From positions 1 to 64,000 of the IMG/VR virus record IMGVR_UViG_3300023070_000001: DNA of 64,000 nt; one strand, given 5' to 3'. A program made the translations under genes and the position numbers. Below are positions 40,943 through 49,572 of this stretch, piece by piece. The stretch comes from a virus. Its lineage: Duplodnaviria; Caudoviricetes. Every line of letters begins with the position of its first letter. The first letter of the stretch is position 1. The notes beneath the pieces were generated by a model that saw only the letters and a program-made list of their open reading frames with translations, was not told the origin of the DNA and searched no databases.

Positions 40943-41728
40943 TCAGCCTCTCATAATTGATTCTAGTGCTGCTCTGACTGCCAGCTTAGGGCGTGCAGCA
41001 GAGACATTACTCCATGATGATAGCACAGCTAGCGCTACTCTGCGATCAGCAAAAGCTCCTAGATACTCAGGATTGAATAGCTTCCATTTCTGGGATGCTG
41101 ACTCTTCCATGATATTAAGAATTACTCTCGCTGTGTTATCATCTACTGCTTTATATGCTTGTGCAAATAGAATATAATCATTGCTTATTGCTGCCTGTAG
41201 AACTGTTAAAGCTGTTGTCCTCGATGCGATACCAGAACACGCCTCAATAGCGAGATCCACTCTACCAAGCTTACTAACTTTAGATGCATCTTTTTCATCG
41301 ATTCCCTTACTTACTAGAATCTCTAGTAACTCATCTTGAGATAATAGACCTACAGTAAATTTAGCTGCGCGCGTACGTAATGTTCTAGGTACACGACTAG
41401 AAGAGATCAATGAGAATCTAGCATAGCTAGGAGGATTCTCTAATGCTACCAGTAGATCATTTATCGCTGGAATACTAGCATTATCCAAATCTATCAATGC
41501 AAACTTCAATTGTTGCATAGGGCTGACAGACATGAAACTTTTGATTCTACTAGCTTCGCTAACTGTAAGCTTAGGCACCTCCGTGAAATCTACGCGAGAA
41601 ATATTATTAGTCATCGCAGCATGAGCTGCGATAAGTCTTTTGCCCACAGATGGTGGACCTGTAATGATAGAAACCGGGGGCAACTGAGAACTTAATGCCC
41701 CAATTACCCCCTGGTGACCTACTAACAT
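40943..41728 (-). CDS. DNA polymerase III delta-prime (HolB)-like clamp loader subunit
   Basis: GPPSVGK, IDLD.AS..A.N.LL..LE.PP, LRTR. Confidence 0.75.
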   Translation of the reverse strand: MLVGHQGVIGALSSQLPPVSIITGPPSVGKRLIAAHAAMTNNISRVDFTEVPKLTVSEASRIKSFMSVSPMQQLKFALIDLDNASIPAINDLLVALENPPSYARFSLISSSRVPRTLRTRAAKFTVGLLSQDELLEILVSKGIDEKDASKVSKLGRVDLAIEACSGIASRTTALTVLQAAISNDYILFAQAYKAVDDNTARVILNIMEESASQKWKLFNPEYLGAFADRRVALAVLSSWSNVSAARPKLAVRAALESIMRG

Positions 41729-41731
41729 GTA

Positions 41732-42112
41732 TTAAGCCTTCTGATCTGCGTTAGGATTATCGTATGTTGGTCCTGCTTGAGTTATCTGCTGAGCATCATC
41801 TGGAATATCTCTTGATGCCCACTGTTCTGCCTGCTCAAGCGGTTGTGCCTTACGCGGCCTTCCACGCTTCCTGGTCGCAGGCTTCTCAACCGCACCACTA
41901 TCAGCTAGTTTATTAAGGAGTGACTTGCCTACTACAATGTGCATACTACCATCTGTAGAGACTAGACGCCAACCACTCTTAACTTTATATCCTAATGGAG
42001 TCTCCTGAGGCTCTTCATTCTTGAATTCAGATTCAACAGTAAATTGCTTACCATCGAAAAGCTCTTTCATTCGAGCCTCACGAGTTTCATGCCACTTGCT
42101 TGACTGTGCCAT
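41732..42112 (-). CDS. AT-hook-containing protein
   Basis: RKRGRPRK motif. Confidence 0.65.
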   Translation of the reverse strand: MAQSSKWHETREARMKELFDGKQFTVESEFKNEEPQETPLGYKVKSGWRLVSTDGSMHIVVGKSLLNKLADSGAVEKPATRKRGRPRKAQPLEQAEQWASRDIPDDAQQITQAGPTYDNPNADQKA

Positions 42113-42126
42113 AACCTTACCTCATC

Positions 42127-42333
42127 TCAATCAGGGCTTGTATTTAGCCACTTATTAAGAATCGGTGGAATGTACCTTACTCGATCGATTACACGCAACT
42201 CTTCCAGATGATAAAAAGTAATGTGAGCTAACGTACGCCACTTTACTTCCTCAGAATCGTGAAGTGCTGCCTTGCGACAGAACAGTAAGTAAAGCTCAAA
42301 CTCCCTTGTAATAAGCTCATCCACAGTTAACAC
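42127..42333 (-). CDS. hypothetical protein
   Basis: 68-aa ORF. Confidence 0.55.
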   Translation of the reverse strand: MLTVDELITREFELYLLFCRKAALHDSEEVKWRTLAHITFYHLEELRVIDRVRYIPPILNKWLNTSPD

Positions 42334-42340
42334 AAGTTTC

Positions 42341-43195
42341 TCATTCCCCTATAGTTAGGATCTCCCACACATCATTTGCGCGCCAATCAGTTCCGGATTG
42401 ATTGAAGTTAGGTACATCAGCACCAAGTCCTTCAACTAGTGTATATGCATTATCGTCACCACAGCGAATAGTATCTCTATAGCGTACATGCAAGTGTCCA
42501 TGCACAAACATCTTAGGCTGAAGAGTATTTACAGCCTTCTGCAATCTGCGCTGGTTAGGAATTGTTTCTGGAATAGTTAGAAGTTTAATCATTGGATTAC
42601 TAGAGATAGGCTTATCGTGAGCTAGAATAACATCTACTCGCTCGTCCTTAACCTCATCTAGGATTCTATCCAAATCACTATCTGACATTTCTTCCTCTGG
42701 GAACCAAGAAGTTCCAGCAGTTTTCTGACGAGCCTCATCTAGGCAACGAGCCCAAGGATATCCACTCTTAGCGAACAATACCTTAGCATCCTGATGAGCT
42801 TTAATGTCCTCATCCTCTAGACGAATATCCTTATCTACAGAGTAGGCTCCACCGAGAACTAGAAATGATGTACCGTGGAAATCCCAGAAGGTTCCATTAG
42901 GTGCATACCATAGTCCTGGGCGAATAGAATAAAACCCCTGCATTGAGCTGTACTTTTGTGGAATCAAAGATACCTTATCATGATTACCCTGAATGAACAC
43001 TAATTCAATTTTGGCATCCATCAGAGCTTGGCTGACAGCATTTAGATAAAGTGCTCCCCAAGGGGAGTGTTCCCAGTACCCGAAATCTCCTACCTGGTAA
43101 ATCCAGGAAGCACCTTGAGACTTAGCTTCTTTTATAGCCTGTAGAATAAACTTGGTGTTGCCGTGAGTATCACCAAGCAACATAATCTTAGACAT
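42341..43195 (-). CDS. calcineurin-like metallophosphoesterase
   Basis: GDTHG, VGDFG, GNHD, LGGAYSVD, HGHLH. Confidence 0.92.
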   Translation of the reverse strand: MSKIMLLGDTHGNTKFILQAIKEAKSQGASWIYQVGDFGYWEHSPWGALYLNAVSQALMDAKIELVFIQGNHDKVSLIPQKYSSMQGFYSIRPGLWYAPNGTFWDFHGTSFLVLGGAYSVDKDIRLEDEDIKAHQDAKVLFAKSGYPWARCLDEARQKTAGTSWFPEEEMSDSDLDRILDEVKDERVDVILAHDKPISSNPMIKLLTIPETIPNQRRLQKAVNTLQPKMFVHGHLHVRYRDTIRCGDDNAYTLVEGLGADVPNFNQSGTDWRANDVWEILTIGE

Positions 43196-43197
43196 AG

Positions 43198-43611
43198 TTA
43201 TTCTTTCTTTTCCATTGCAACTACCGTCTTGAGATAATTGCTAATTTCTTTATTGTCCCAGTCATTAGCGACGCACACAAGCATGTAAATGTAATAAGCA
43301 ATCTCTGCCTGTGTCTGCTCTTCTGTGTGTAATGCTAATGCACCGATCGTTCTACTATGCATAATCCAGTGCTTAGCACACATCTGAGCTGAGACGAACT
43401 CTGAGTCTACCACCTCAGCATTAAAGGCGTCAAGGTAACCCTCATCCATCCCAATCTGCTGTAATGCTAGTAGTAGGTGCTCAAGAGCAGGGCCACCAAA
43501 TGCTAAAGTAGTAATAGGCCCACAACAAGCTAACCTATCAGTATCCATAGTCATCTGAGCAAAGAAATCATATTCCTTCTGCCCTCGTGCTACTGTTTCA
43601 GTACATGGCAT
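43198..43611 (-). CDS. hypothetical protein
   Basis: 137-aa ORF in an operon. Confidence 0.6.
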   Translation of the reverse strand: MPCTETVARGQKEYDFFAQMTMDTDRLACCGPITTLAFGGPALEHLLLALQQIGMDEGYLDAFNAEVVDSEFVSAQMCAKHWIMHSRTIGALALHTEEQTQAEIAYYIYMLVCVANDWDNKEISNYLKTVVAMEKKE

Positions 43612-44186
43612 TATAGGTCTCCTAAAGTTTTAGTCATTACCTGCTTACAGACGTTAAGCCACTTTGCAGCATCCTCATCTGATTTTACTGCATCAAGTAA
43701 GTCCAGGCATTGATTAAGTTTAGTACCTACCTTATCATCTAACTGAACTATATTCCAATCTGTCCTAACTCCTGAGCAGAACATCTTCAAGGCATCAGCC
43801 AGAGCTAATAAATCCGGCTCTACTTTTTCTGTAGCTACTGCATCAGCCCAGCGCTCTTCTAGGCTCTTAGGCTTAAAACCAGAGTCCTCTAAGAGCCTCA
43901 TAGCGGCTGCTGGCCAAGAGATGTCCCACGCAGCAGATGCCAGCGAGACAGGGCTATATCTTTTACTGCACGAGAAACACCACACTGTGTTATTCGTCAG
44001 GTATACACGCATAGCTTTGGCATACCCACCATCTGAATGATAAAATCCAAATGGGCAGTGGATCTTCTTATTTCCACCATTGAGAATAGTAGAAGGTACG
44101 AATACTCCTATACTTTCTAGAACATCAGTTATCTTAATACTAGTATTGGCTTGGTCAATCCATGATGTTCTCTGACCTAGTTTCAT
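43611..44186 (-). CDS. stand-alone primase zinc-binding (CHC2) domain protein
   Basis: CPF..H.DG....RVY....WCFSC; no TOPRIM domain. Confidence 0.75.
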   Translation of the reverse strand: MKLGQRTSWIDQANTSIKITDVLESIGVFVPSTILNGGNKKIHCPFGFYHSDGGYAKAMRVYLTNNTVWCFSCSKRYSPVSLASAAWDISWPAAAMRLLEDSGFKPKSLEERWADAVATEKVEPDLLALADALKMFCSGVRTDWNIVQLDDKVGTKLNQCLDLLDAVKSDEDAAKWLNVCKQVMTKTLGDL

Positions 44187-44392
44187 TAACTTACCTCTGC
44201 ACCTACTGGCCTACGAGTTAGAAGATCACGAGTATCTACTGATACGGTCCAGCCTGCTGCCTCAAGTGAGGTTGCTAGTTTGGCGTAATGGTGTCCACAG
44301 AAAATAAAATCTGAGTAGCCCTCTCTTACGACAACTACATACCCTTGGGCGTAGCAACTGTCACACCTATCAGAACTAGTTAGTGATTCCAT
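44186..44392 (-). CDS. small zinc-binding protein (DRCD.C....FCGHH)
   Basis: Actinobacterial motif. Confidence 0.7.
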   Translation of the reverse strand: MESLTSSDRCDSCYAQGYVVVVREGYSDFIFCGHHYAKLATSLEAAGWTVSVDTRDLLTRRPVGAEVS

Positions 44393-44454
44393 TATTTAAG
44401 CCCCTTTCAGTGGCGTGTACCTCATATTAAAATTATCGGATATGAAGCAAGGTC

Positions 44455-44483
44455 AGTCTAGTGTATCAGACTGACCTTGTCAA
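44455..44483 (-). promoter_or_regulatory. promoter TTGACA-N17-TAGACT embedded in a 12-bp inverted repeat
   Basis: Consensus match; arms 44448-44459 and 44468-44479. Confidence 0.75.
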
Positions 44484-44488
44484 CGTAC

Positions 44489-45952
44489 CTACAGACCACC
44501 AAAGACGGTATCAGGTGATAGAAGGAAGTTACCTACACTATTTCCAGTACTTCTTCTATCTGTAGAAAAGAAGCTAGTTGCGTAATCTACACTAACATCA
44601 ATTCTATTAGATTTCTCACCATCACGATTCTTTACTACCTGCATAATCAAATCAGTGTAACGAGAGTCCACACCCTCTGGCTCAAGTAGAGAAATTACAA
44701 CATCAGATGATGAGGTAGCCTCAGAGGTTTCTGCAAGAGCTGATGAATTATAACTACCAGCCTTCTGAGCTTCCTTCCATGAATCACGATTAACCTGCCA
44801 AGGACTCACTACAGGAATACCACGACCATCATCAAATGTAGTAGCCATCTGCTTAGCTTCCTGCACAATAGCTGAAAGCTCTTCACGCATACTAGAACGC
44901 TTACGATCTGATCTTAGTAGAGCAAGATAATCTACGATAGCCAAATCTACTTGGAACTCTCGCTGATATCTGAGTAGTTTACCCTCTACTGTACCGATTG
45001 TAGCACCTCTAGGAATCTGAACGATAACTAGTTTACCATAATTAGGATTATCAGATGTATAATCATCTAGGATAGCAGGAAGAATAGCTTCCTCTTCAGG
45101 CTTAAGATATCCCTTACCTCGCTTTAGGTCTCGTGAATTGATTCCTTCATCAAGCCCAAATTGAGGTAACTTACTATGCCTACAGATTAGCTTACGCCTT
45201 ACCTGCGGGCGTAGTGTCTCTGAGGTGCAGATAACTACATTCTTTCCTTGCATGATAGCTGCGTGCCAAGCTAATTGAATAGTTGCAAGGCTAGTCTTAC
45301 CAGATGATGAATAGCCTACTACTAGATCCAGTTCACCATTCTGTAAACCTCCACCAAGCTTATCATCTAGTTCAGGAATACCAAACTTGATACCACCGAA
45401 TGTCCTAGCTGATAAGTACTCTTGCATAATCTCTTCAGCCTCAGTACGTGAATCACCCTCAGGAGATTCTTGCATACTGAGGTCTCTATCGATTTCAGCA
45501 AACTTAGTGAGGATATGTTTACGTGCATCATCGTGCCCGAATAAATCCTCACCTCTAGAGTCTTTAGCTCCACGGTTAAGGATTTCCATACCCTCAGTAA
45601 TTGCCTGAGCAGTATCCTGAGCAGCAGCTAATTCCTTAAGCTGCTCGACACTCCACTTAAAATCAGATTCATCTACCTCTGATGCAGCAAGTACATCATA
45701 AGTAGTCTCATATAGAGCAATCTTACCTGCATCTACATTCCTCTTACTAAGCTGCTCAATCAATGCATTCTTAGTAAGTACACCACCAGCAGTTTCTAGG
45801 TAGCGCTCCATAAGCATGTAAAGAGCTTTATACTGAGGATCAGGGAAATGATCTACAGTAAGCTGAATCAAAGCCTTATTGAGAAGGTCTAGACGCTTAG
45901 GAAGAATTGCTCCAAGTACTACCTTACTATGCTCTAACGAGGTACGAGCCAT
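44489..45952 (-). CDS. dnaB: DnaB-like replicative helicase
   Basis: Walker A GYSSSGKT, IVDYLAL, SPWQVNR, VKNRDG. Confidence 0.92.
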   Translation of the reverse strand: MARTSLEHSKVVLGAILPKRLDLLNKALIQLTVDHFPDPQYKALYMLMERYLETAGGVLTKNALIEQLSKRNVDAGKIALYETTYDVLAASEVDESDFKWSVEQLKELAAAQDTAQAITEGMEILNRGAKDSRGEDLFGHDDARKHILTKFAEIDRDLSMQESPEGDSRTEAEEIMQEYLSARTFGGIKFGIPELDDKLGGGLQNGELDLVVGYSSSGKTSLATIQLAWHAAIMQGKNVVICTSETLRPQVRRKLICRHSKLPQFGLDEGINSRDLKRGKGYLKPEEEAILPAILDDYTSDNPNYGKLVIVQIPRGATIGTVEGKLLRYQREFQVDLAIVDYLALLRSDRKRSSMREELSAIVQEAKQMATTFDDGRGIPVVSPWQVNRDSWKEAQKAGSYNSSALAETSEATSSSDVVISLLEPEGVDSRYTDLIMQVVKNRDGEKSNRIDVSVDYATSFFSTDRRSTGNSVGNFLLSPDTVFGGL

Positions 45953-46248
45953 TAACTTCCTTTCTTAACGAATGCCTTAAGGATATCACTCTCATTAATA
46001 AAATGAGTTTTAGTTATAGGCAATCCAACCTCAAGGACAATCTCACCTCGACATGTTGGTGTGGTAGATACCACAACACCCATACCCGCTACTGTATCAC
46101 CTTCGACAAGATCCTGCACCTCTACCTCACGCCACTCCCTTGTCACACCTGTACGATCTAAGTCAACCTTAGGACGAGAGAGGTCAGGCTTTACTGTCTT
46201 ATTCCTAAATCCTGCTGGCATTGAAACCTCCTGTAGATCCATGCCCAC
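45952..46248 (-). CDS. hypothetical protein
   Basis: ORF in an operon; start uncertain. Confidence 0.55.
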   Translation of the reverse strand: MGMDLQEVSMPAGFRNKTVKPDLSRPKVDLDRTGVTREWREVEVQDLVEGDTVAGMGVVVSTTPTCRGEIVLEVGLPITKTHFINESDILKAFVKKGS

Positions 46249-46657
46249 CTAAACCACGAACAGATTCATTTAATTCGTCTACCTCTTCAAAGTCAGCGAT
46301 ACCGACTTCTTGAAAGATAATCTGAGCAATTCTATCGTGAATGCAGAATGAGTATGGTGTTACGTTAGTGTTATGTAAATTGATTTTAATTTCTCCACGG
46401 AATCCTGCATCGATAGTCCCCGGAGAGTTCAATACAGTCACACCTAGCTTAGCTGCTAGTCCAGACCTAGGATGAATAAGACCAACCCAGCCATAGGGAA
46501 TTTCAATGGCAATTCCTGTAGAAATTAGCCTTTGCTCTCCTGGTTCTAATACTCCATACTCGATAGAGTAAATATCTGCACCGGCATCTCCATACTTAGA
46601 GTATGTAGGAATTTTGGCTAAATCATGTAGCCTTTTAATTTTAATAGGTAGTGACAC
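46205..46657 (-). CDS. dut: trimeric dUTPase
   Basis: GDAGAD, PRSGLA, GTIDAGFRGE, RIAQ, RGLGGHGSTG. Confidence 0.96.
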   Translation of the reverse strand: MSLPIKIKRLHDLAKIPTYSKYGDAGADIYSIEYGVLEPGEQRLISTGIAIEIPYGWVGLIHPRSGLAAKLGVTVLNSPGTIDAGFRGEIKINLHNTNVTPYSFCIHDRIAQIIFQEVGIADFEEVDELNESVRGLGGHGSTGGFNASRI

Positions 46658-47386
46658 TTATCCTCTTTCTACTGCTGCGTATAATAATGCTTCTTTAACT
46701 GAAGAGACTGCTGATGCATGGAGTTGAGAAATCTTAGCTTCAGCTAAATCAAGTTCCTCTGAAATCTTCCTAAAATCTAATCTACTGTAGTAATGTAATA
46801 CCAATACAAGCTGCTCAGCCATTGGAAGATTGCGGACAGTGTCAATGAAAATATCTGTCATCTCTCTTGCAAAGACTGAGCCCTCTGTATCGATTTCATC
46901 CTTTACTTGATTCTCATTAGAGTTACCTGGTTCATATCCTGATCCAGATGTATTAAGGTGTGCATCTAAGCTAACTGGCCTGGCAGCTAATCTAGCATTA
47001 ACCTTATTGATTTCAGATACAGTCATCTCAGTACGTTCAGCAAGTACCTCTACAGGTACTCCCTCATCCTGACCTGCCTCTTTTAGTTTCTTAGATTTGC
47101 TTCTCAGAGTTCTAGTAGCCCAATCATCTGAGCGGATACTATCCCTGATAGTACCACGAATCCTCAAGCTAGCAAAGACCTTAAAGTACTGCACAGCACT
47201 AGGCTCATATCCTTTACGTTCACAATATGATTCCCAGCGATTAGCCGCATCAGTAAGCCCTAAATAAGCTAATCCTAGCATGTCATCTTTATCTAATGCA
47301 TGGGTAGCAGTGCGCCACTCTCGCAGCGCAATCTGTTTAGCCAAACTAAGATGCTCTAGGATCAGAGTATCTTTATCGTAATTCAC
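46658..47386 (-). CDS. RNA polymerase sigma factor, FliA/WhiG family
   Basis: FKVFASLRIRGTIRDSIRSDDW region 2, VSLD, region 4 HTH ISEELDL.E.KISQLH. Confidence 0.88.
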   Translation of the reverse strand: MNYDKDTLILEHLSLAKQIALREWRTATHALDKDDMLGLAYLGLTDAANRWESYCERKGYEPSAVQYFKVFASLRIRGTIRDSIRSDDWATRTLRSKSKKLKEAGQDEGVPVEVLAERTEMTVSEINKVNARLAARPVSLDAHLNTSGSGYEPGNSNENQVKDEIDTEGSVFAREMTDIFIDTVRNLPMAEQLVLVLHYYSRLDFRKISEELDLAEAKISQLHASAVSSVKEALLYAAVERG

Positions 47387-48990
47387 CTACTACTACCCCC
47401 GATCATTTGAAGCAATTCAAGTGGAGATAGTGCAGCAAACAATTCACTACGAGAATCCCAGATATGATCAATAAGGGCCTGCTCACGCTCAAGAGCAGGA
47501 AGATAACCTTCCTCCTGCGTACCTATAGTAAGAAGGTTATGAACGTAAACTGACTTATGAGCTGAGCCATCTCGCCTTACACGCCCGGCTAGCTGTTCCA
47601 TTCTTGAAGGATTCATAATCATATCCACATTTACTAGATGCCTAGCAATCTGTAGGTTTAGTGACTGCTCAATTGAGGTTGTACCAATCAATACTCTACA
47701 ATCAGGGTTCTGCCAGAATTCTTGCTGTGCCGCATAGCGCTCAGCATTATTCTTATTCTCTCCCCAAATAGTAACGTATTGAACTCCCGCCCTATCTAGC
47801 CTTGCCTGAAGAGCACGAACATTATTTCTAAAATTGATAAAGGTTACTACTTTATCTTCACTAAGGTCACCATCTACTAGTTTATCCTCAAGCCAATCCA
47901 GCTTAACTGATGTTCTTGGCCTATCAGCCTCACCTAATGCTGCAAGTCCTCCACAGATTTGTGCTCCGTAAATGAATTTAGCAATAGCTGTAGCTCTTTT
48001 GACCTCTGTACCCTCAGCCTTAATAATCCTCAATACACCGGCTTTTAGGTCATTATACTTTTCCATCTGTAATGGATAAGGATCAAGAAATACGTTAGTA
48101 GAAATTACAGCAGGTAGATCAACGTCATCAATGTCTGCTGCTGTACGCCTTAGAGTTAAGTGAGCAATCTTTTCCTTGAACTCATCAAGATGTCTATAAC
48201 CTACTACACGCTTACTAGTAATCATCTTACCATTAGATGTTTCAGTTACAGTTTGCTTATCCAGGTATCTTCTCTCAAAGGAGATGGGTGAGCCTAAGAT
48301 ATCTCTAATATTGAGAGGTTGCAGTACGTGATAAAGGTCATTCAGCCTTTTCTGAAGAGGCGTTCCTGTAAGAATAGGAATACGTGCACTCTTACGGGTA
48401 ATTCTATTGATCGCATATGATGTTGCAGTATCTCCATTACGGAGAGGATCAACATCATCAATAAATACAGCACGGAAATTAAAGGCAAGTTCTAGTGCCT
48501 CTAAATCATTGATAAGCATCTGATAGCTAATGACGCAGATATTCCAATCTGCCGCTAAGTACTTATCAATACGCTTCTTCTTAGGACCATCACCTACAAT
48601 TACCTTTACGTCCTTGAGAAGCCTATTTAGCTGATCTTCCCACTGAGGTACGGCAGCAGGTCTACAGATTACTAATACTTTATCCTCTTCAAGCTCACCG
48701 GCCTCTTTCATAATAGCGAGCATTCCAGCGGCTTGAATAGTCTTTCCTGTTCCGACAGAATCAGCTAGCAATCCTTTTTCAGCTAAGAATAGCCAGGCTA
48801 CCCCCACTCGCTGATGAGCGCGAAAAATAACCCCGCACTGTTGGCAGGCAGGGTTTGGGACCTCATGGTTAGCACAAGGATCACTATTAAAGTATTTTAA
48901 ATCTGGTAGCTTTACGTCTTTTAGTGTTCTAACTCTATTGGCTGCGGCTGCCTTTTTTGCCGCTGGCAGCTTACTAGCCTCAAACAGCAC
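47383..48990 (-). CDS. SNF2/SF2 helicase
   Basis: LADSVGTGKT, FIDD, LTGTP, QSLNLQ, QLAGRVRR.G. Confidence 0.9.
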   Translation of the reverse strand: MLFEASKLPAAKKAAAANRVRTLKDVKLPDLKYFNSDPCANHEVPNPACQQCGVIFRAHQRVGVAWLFLAEKGLLADSVGTGKTIQAAGMLAIMKEAGELEEDKVLVICRPAAVPQWEDQLNRLLKDVKVIVGDGPKKKRIDKYLAADWNICVISYQMLINDLEALELAFNFRAVFIDDVDPLRNGDTATSYAINRITRKSARIPILTGTPLQKRLNDLYHVLQPLNIRDILGSPISFERRYLDKQTVTETSNGKMITSKRVVGYRHLDEFKEKIAHLTLRRTAADIDDVDLPAVISTNVFLDPYPLQMEKYNDLKAGVLRIIKAEGTEVKRATAIAKFIYGAQICGGLAALGEADRPRTSVKLDWLEDKLVDGDLSEDKVVTFINFRNNVRALQARLDRAGVQYVTIWGENKNNAERYAAQQEFWQNPDCRVLIGTTSIEQSLNLQIARHLVNVDMIMNPSRMEQLAGRVRRDGSAHKSVYVHNLLTIGTQEEGYLPALEREQALIDHIWDSRSELFAALSPLELLQMIGGSSR

Positions 48991-48998
48991 GCTTACTC

Positions 48999-49169
48999 CT
49001 AAAGTTTAGTTCGCTTGTTTTTCTTAGTGGAAATCGAACGAGCCGACTCCACTACCTGCACGACGTAGATCACGTCTTCTTGGAATGCCAAGTATGCATC
49101 TTCTAAGAGTGTAGCATACCTGTCCCAGTTAGGGGAAGCGGCAGGTGAATGTAGGAGTCGGCTCGTCAA
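48999..49169 (-). CDS. 56-aa hypothetical protein (TTG start) overlapping an inverted repeat
   Basis: Hand-translated open frame with AGAGG RBS. Confidence 0.35.
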   Translation of the reverse strand: MTSRLLHSPAASPNWDRYATLLEDAYLAFQEDVIYVVQVVESARSISTKKNKRTKL

Positions 49170-49177
49170 ATTATCCT

Positions 49178-49507
49178 CTACTTTTCGTAAGTGTCAGGTA
49201 CCAACTTAGGTGCTGCCTCTGTCTGGTTATTGTCAAGGGCCTTTAGGGCATCCTTACCAACAGATCCAACTGAACCTACTAGAATACCTAGAACAGTCTG
49301 TGTCAATAGTCCCATCTGGTCTAGAGACATGTTTGCAAAGCTGACTGCTGAAGCGAAGTCTACGTGAGCAGTTAGGTATACAGCCACAATTCCAAGTACC
49401 CAAGCTAGTAGCTGAGTAACAATTGCACTTGTATCCTTACCACGTAGCTGACGTACAAAGTCAACAAACTTCTTTACTACAGCAGCAATAAGAGCTAGGG
49501 TTCCCAT
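49178..49507 (-). CDS. holin
   Basis: Small multi-TM protein at the end of the tail module. Confidence 0.7.
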   Translation of the reverse strand: MGTLALIAAVVKKFVDFVRQLRGKDTSAIVTQLLAWVLGIVAVYLTAHVDFASAVSFANMSLDQMGLLTQTVLGILVGSVGSVGKDALKALDNNQTEAAPKLVPDTYEK

Positions 49508-49572
49508 TTCTTTCCTCCTTGTGGAGATAAGTAAAACAGTTACTTATCTTAAGTATAATTGATCTTGTTACT

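Noticed and set aside
35221-48990. Inteins or introns in polA, recA, dnaB or the helicase
   Set aside because: Lengths and motif spacing are normal; no intein splice motifs or interrupted frames.
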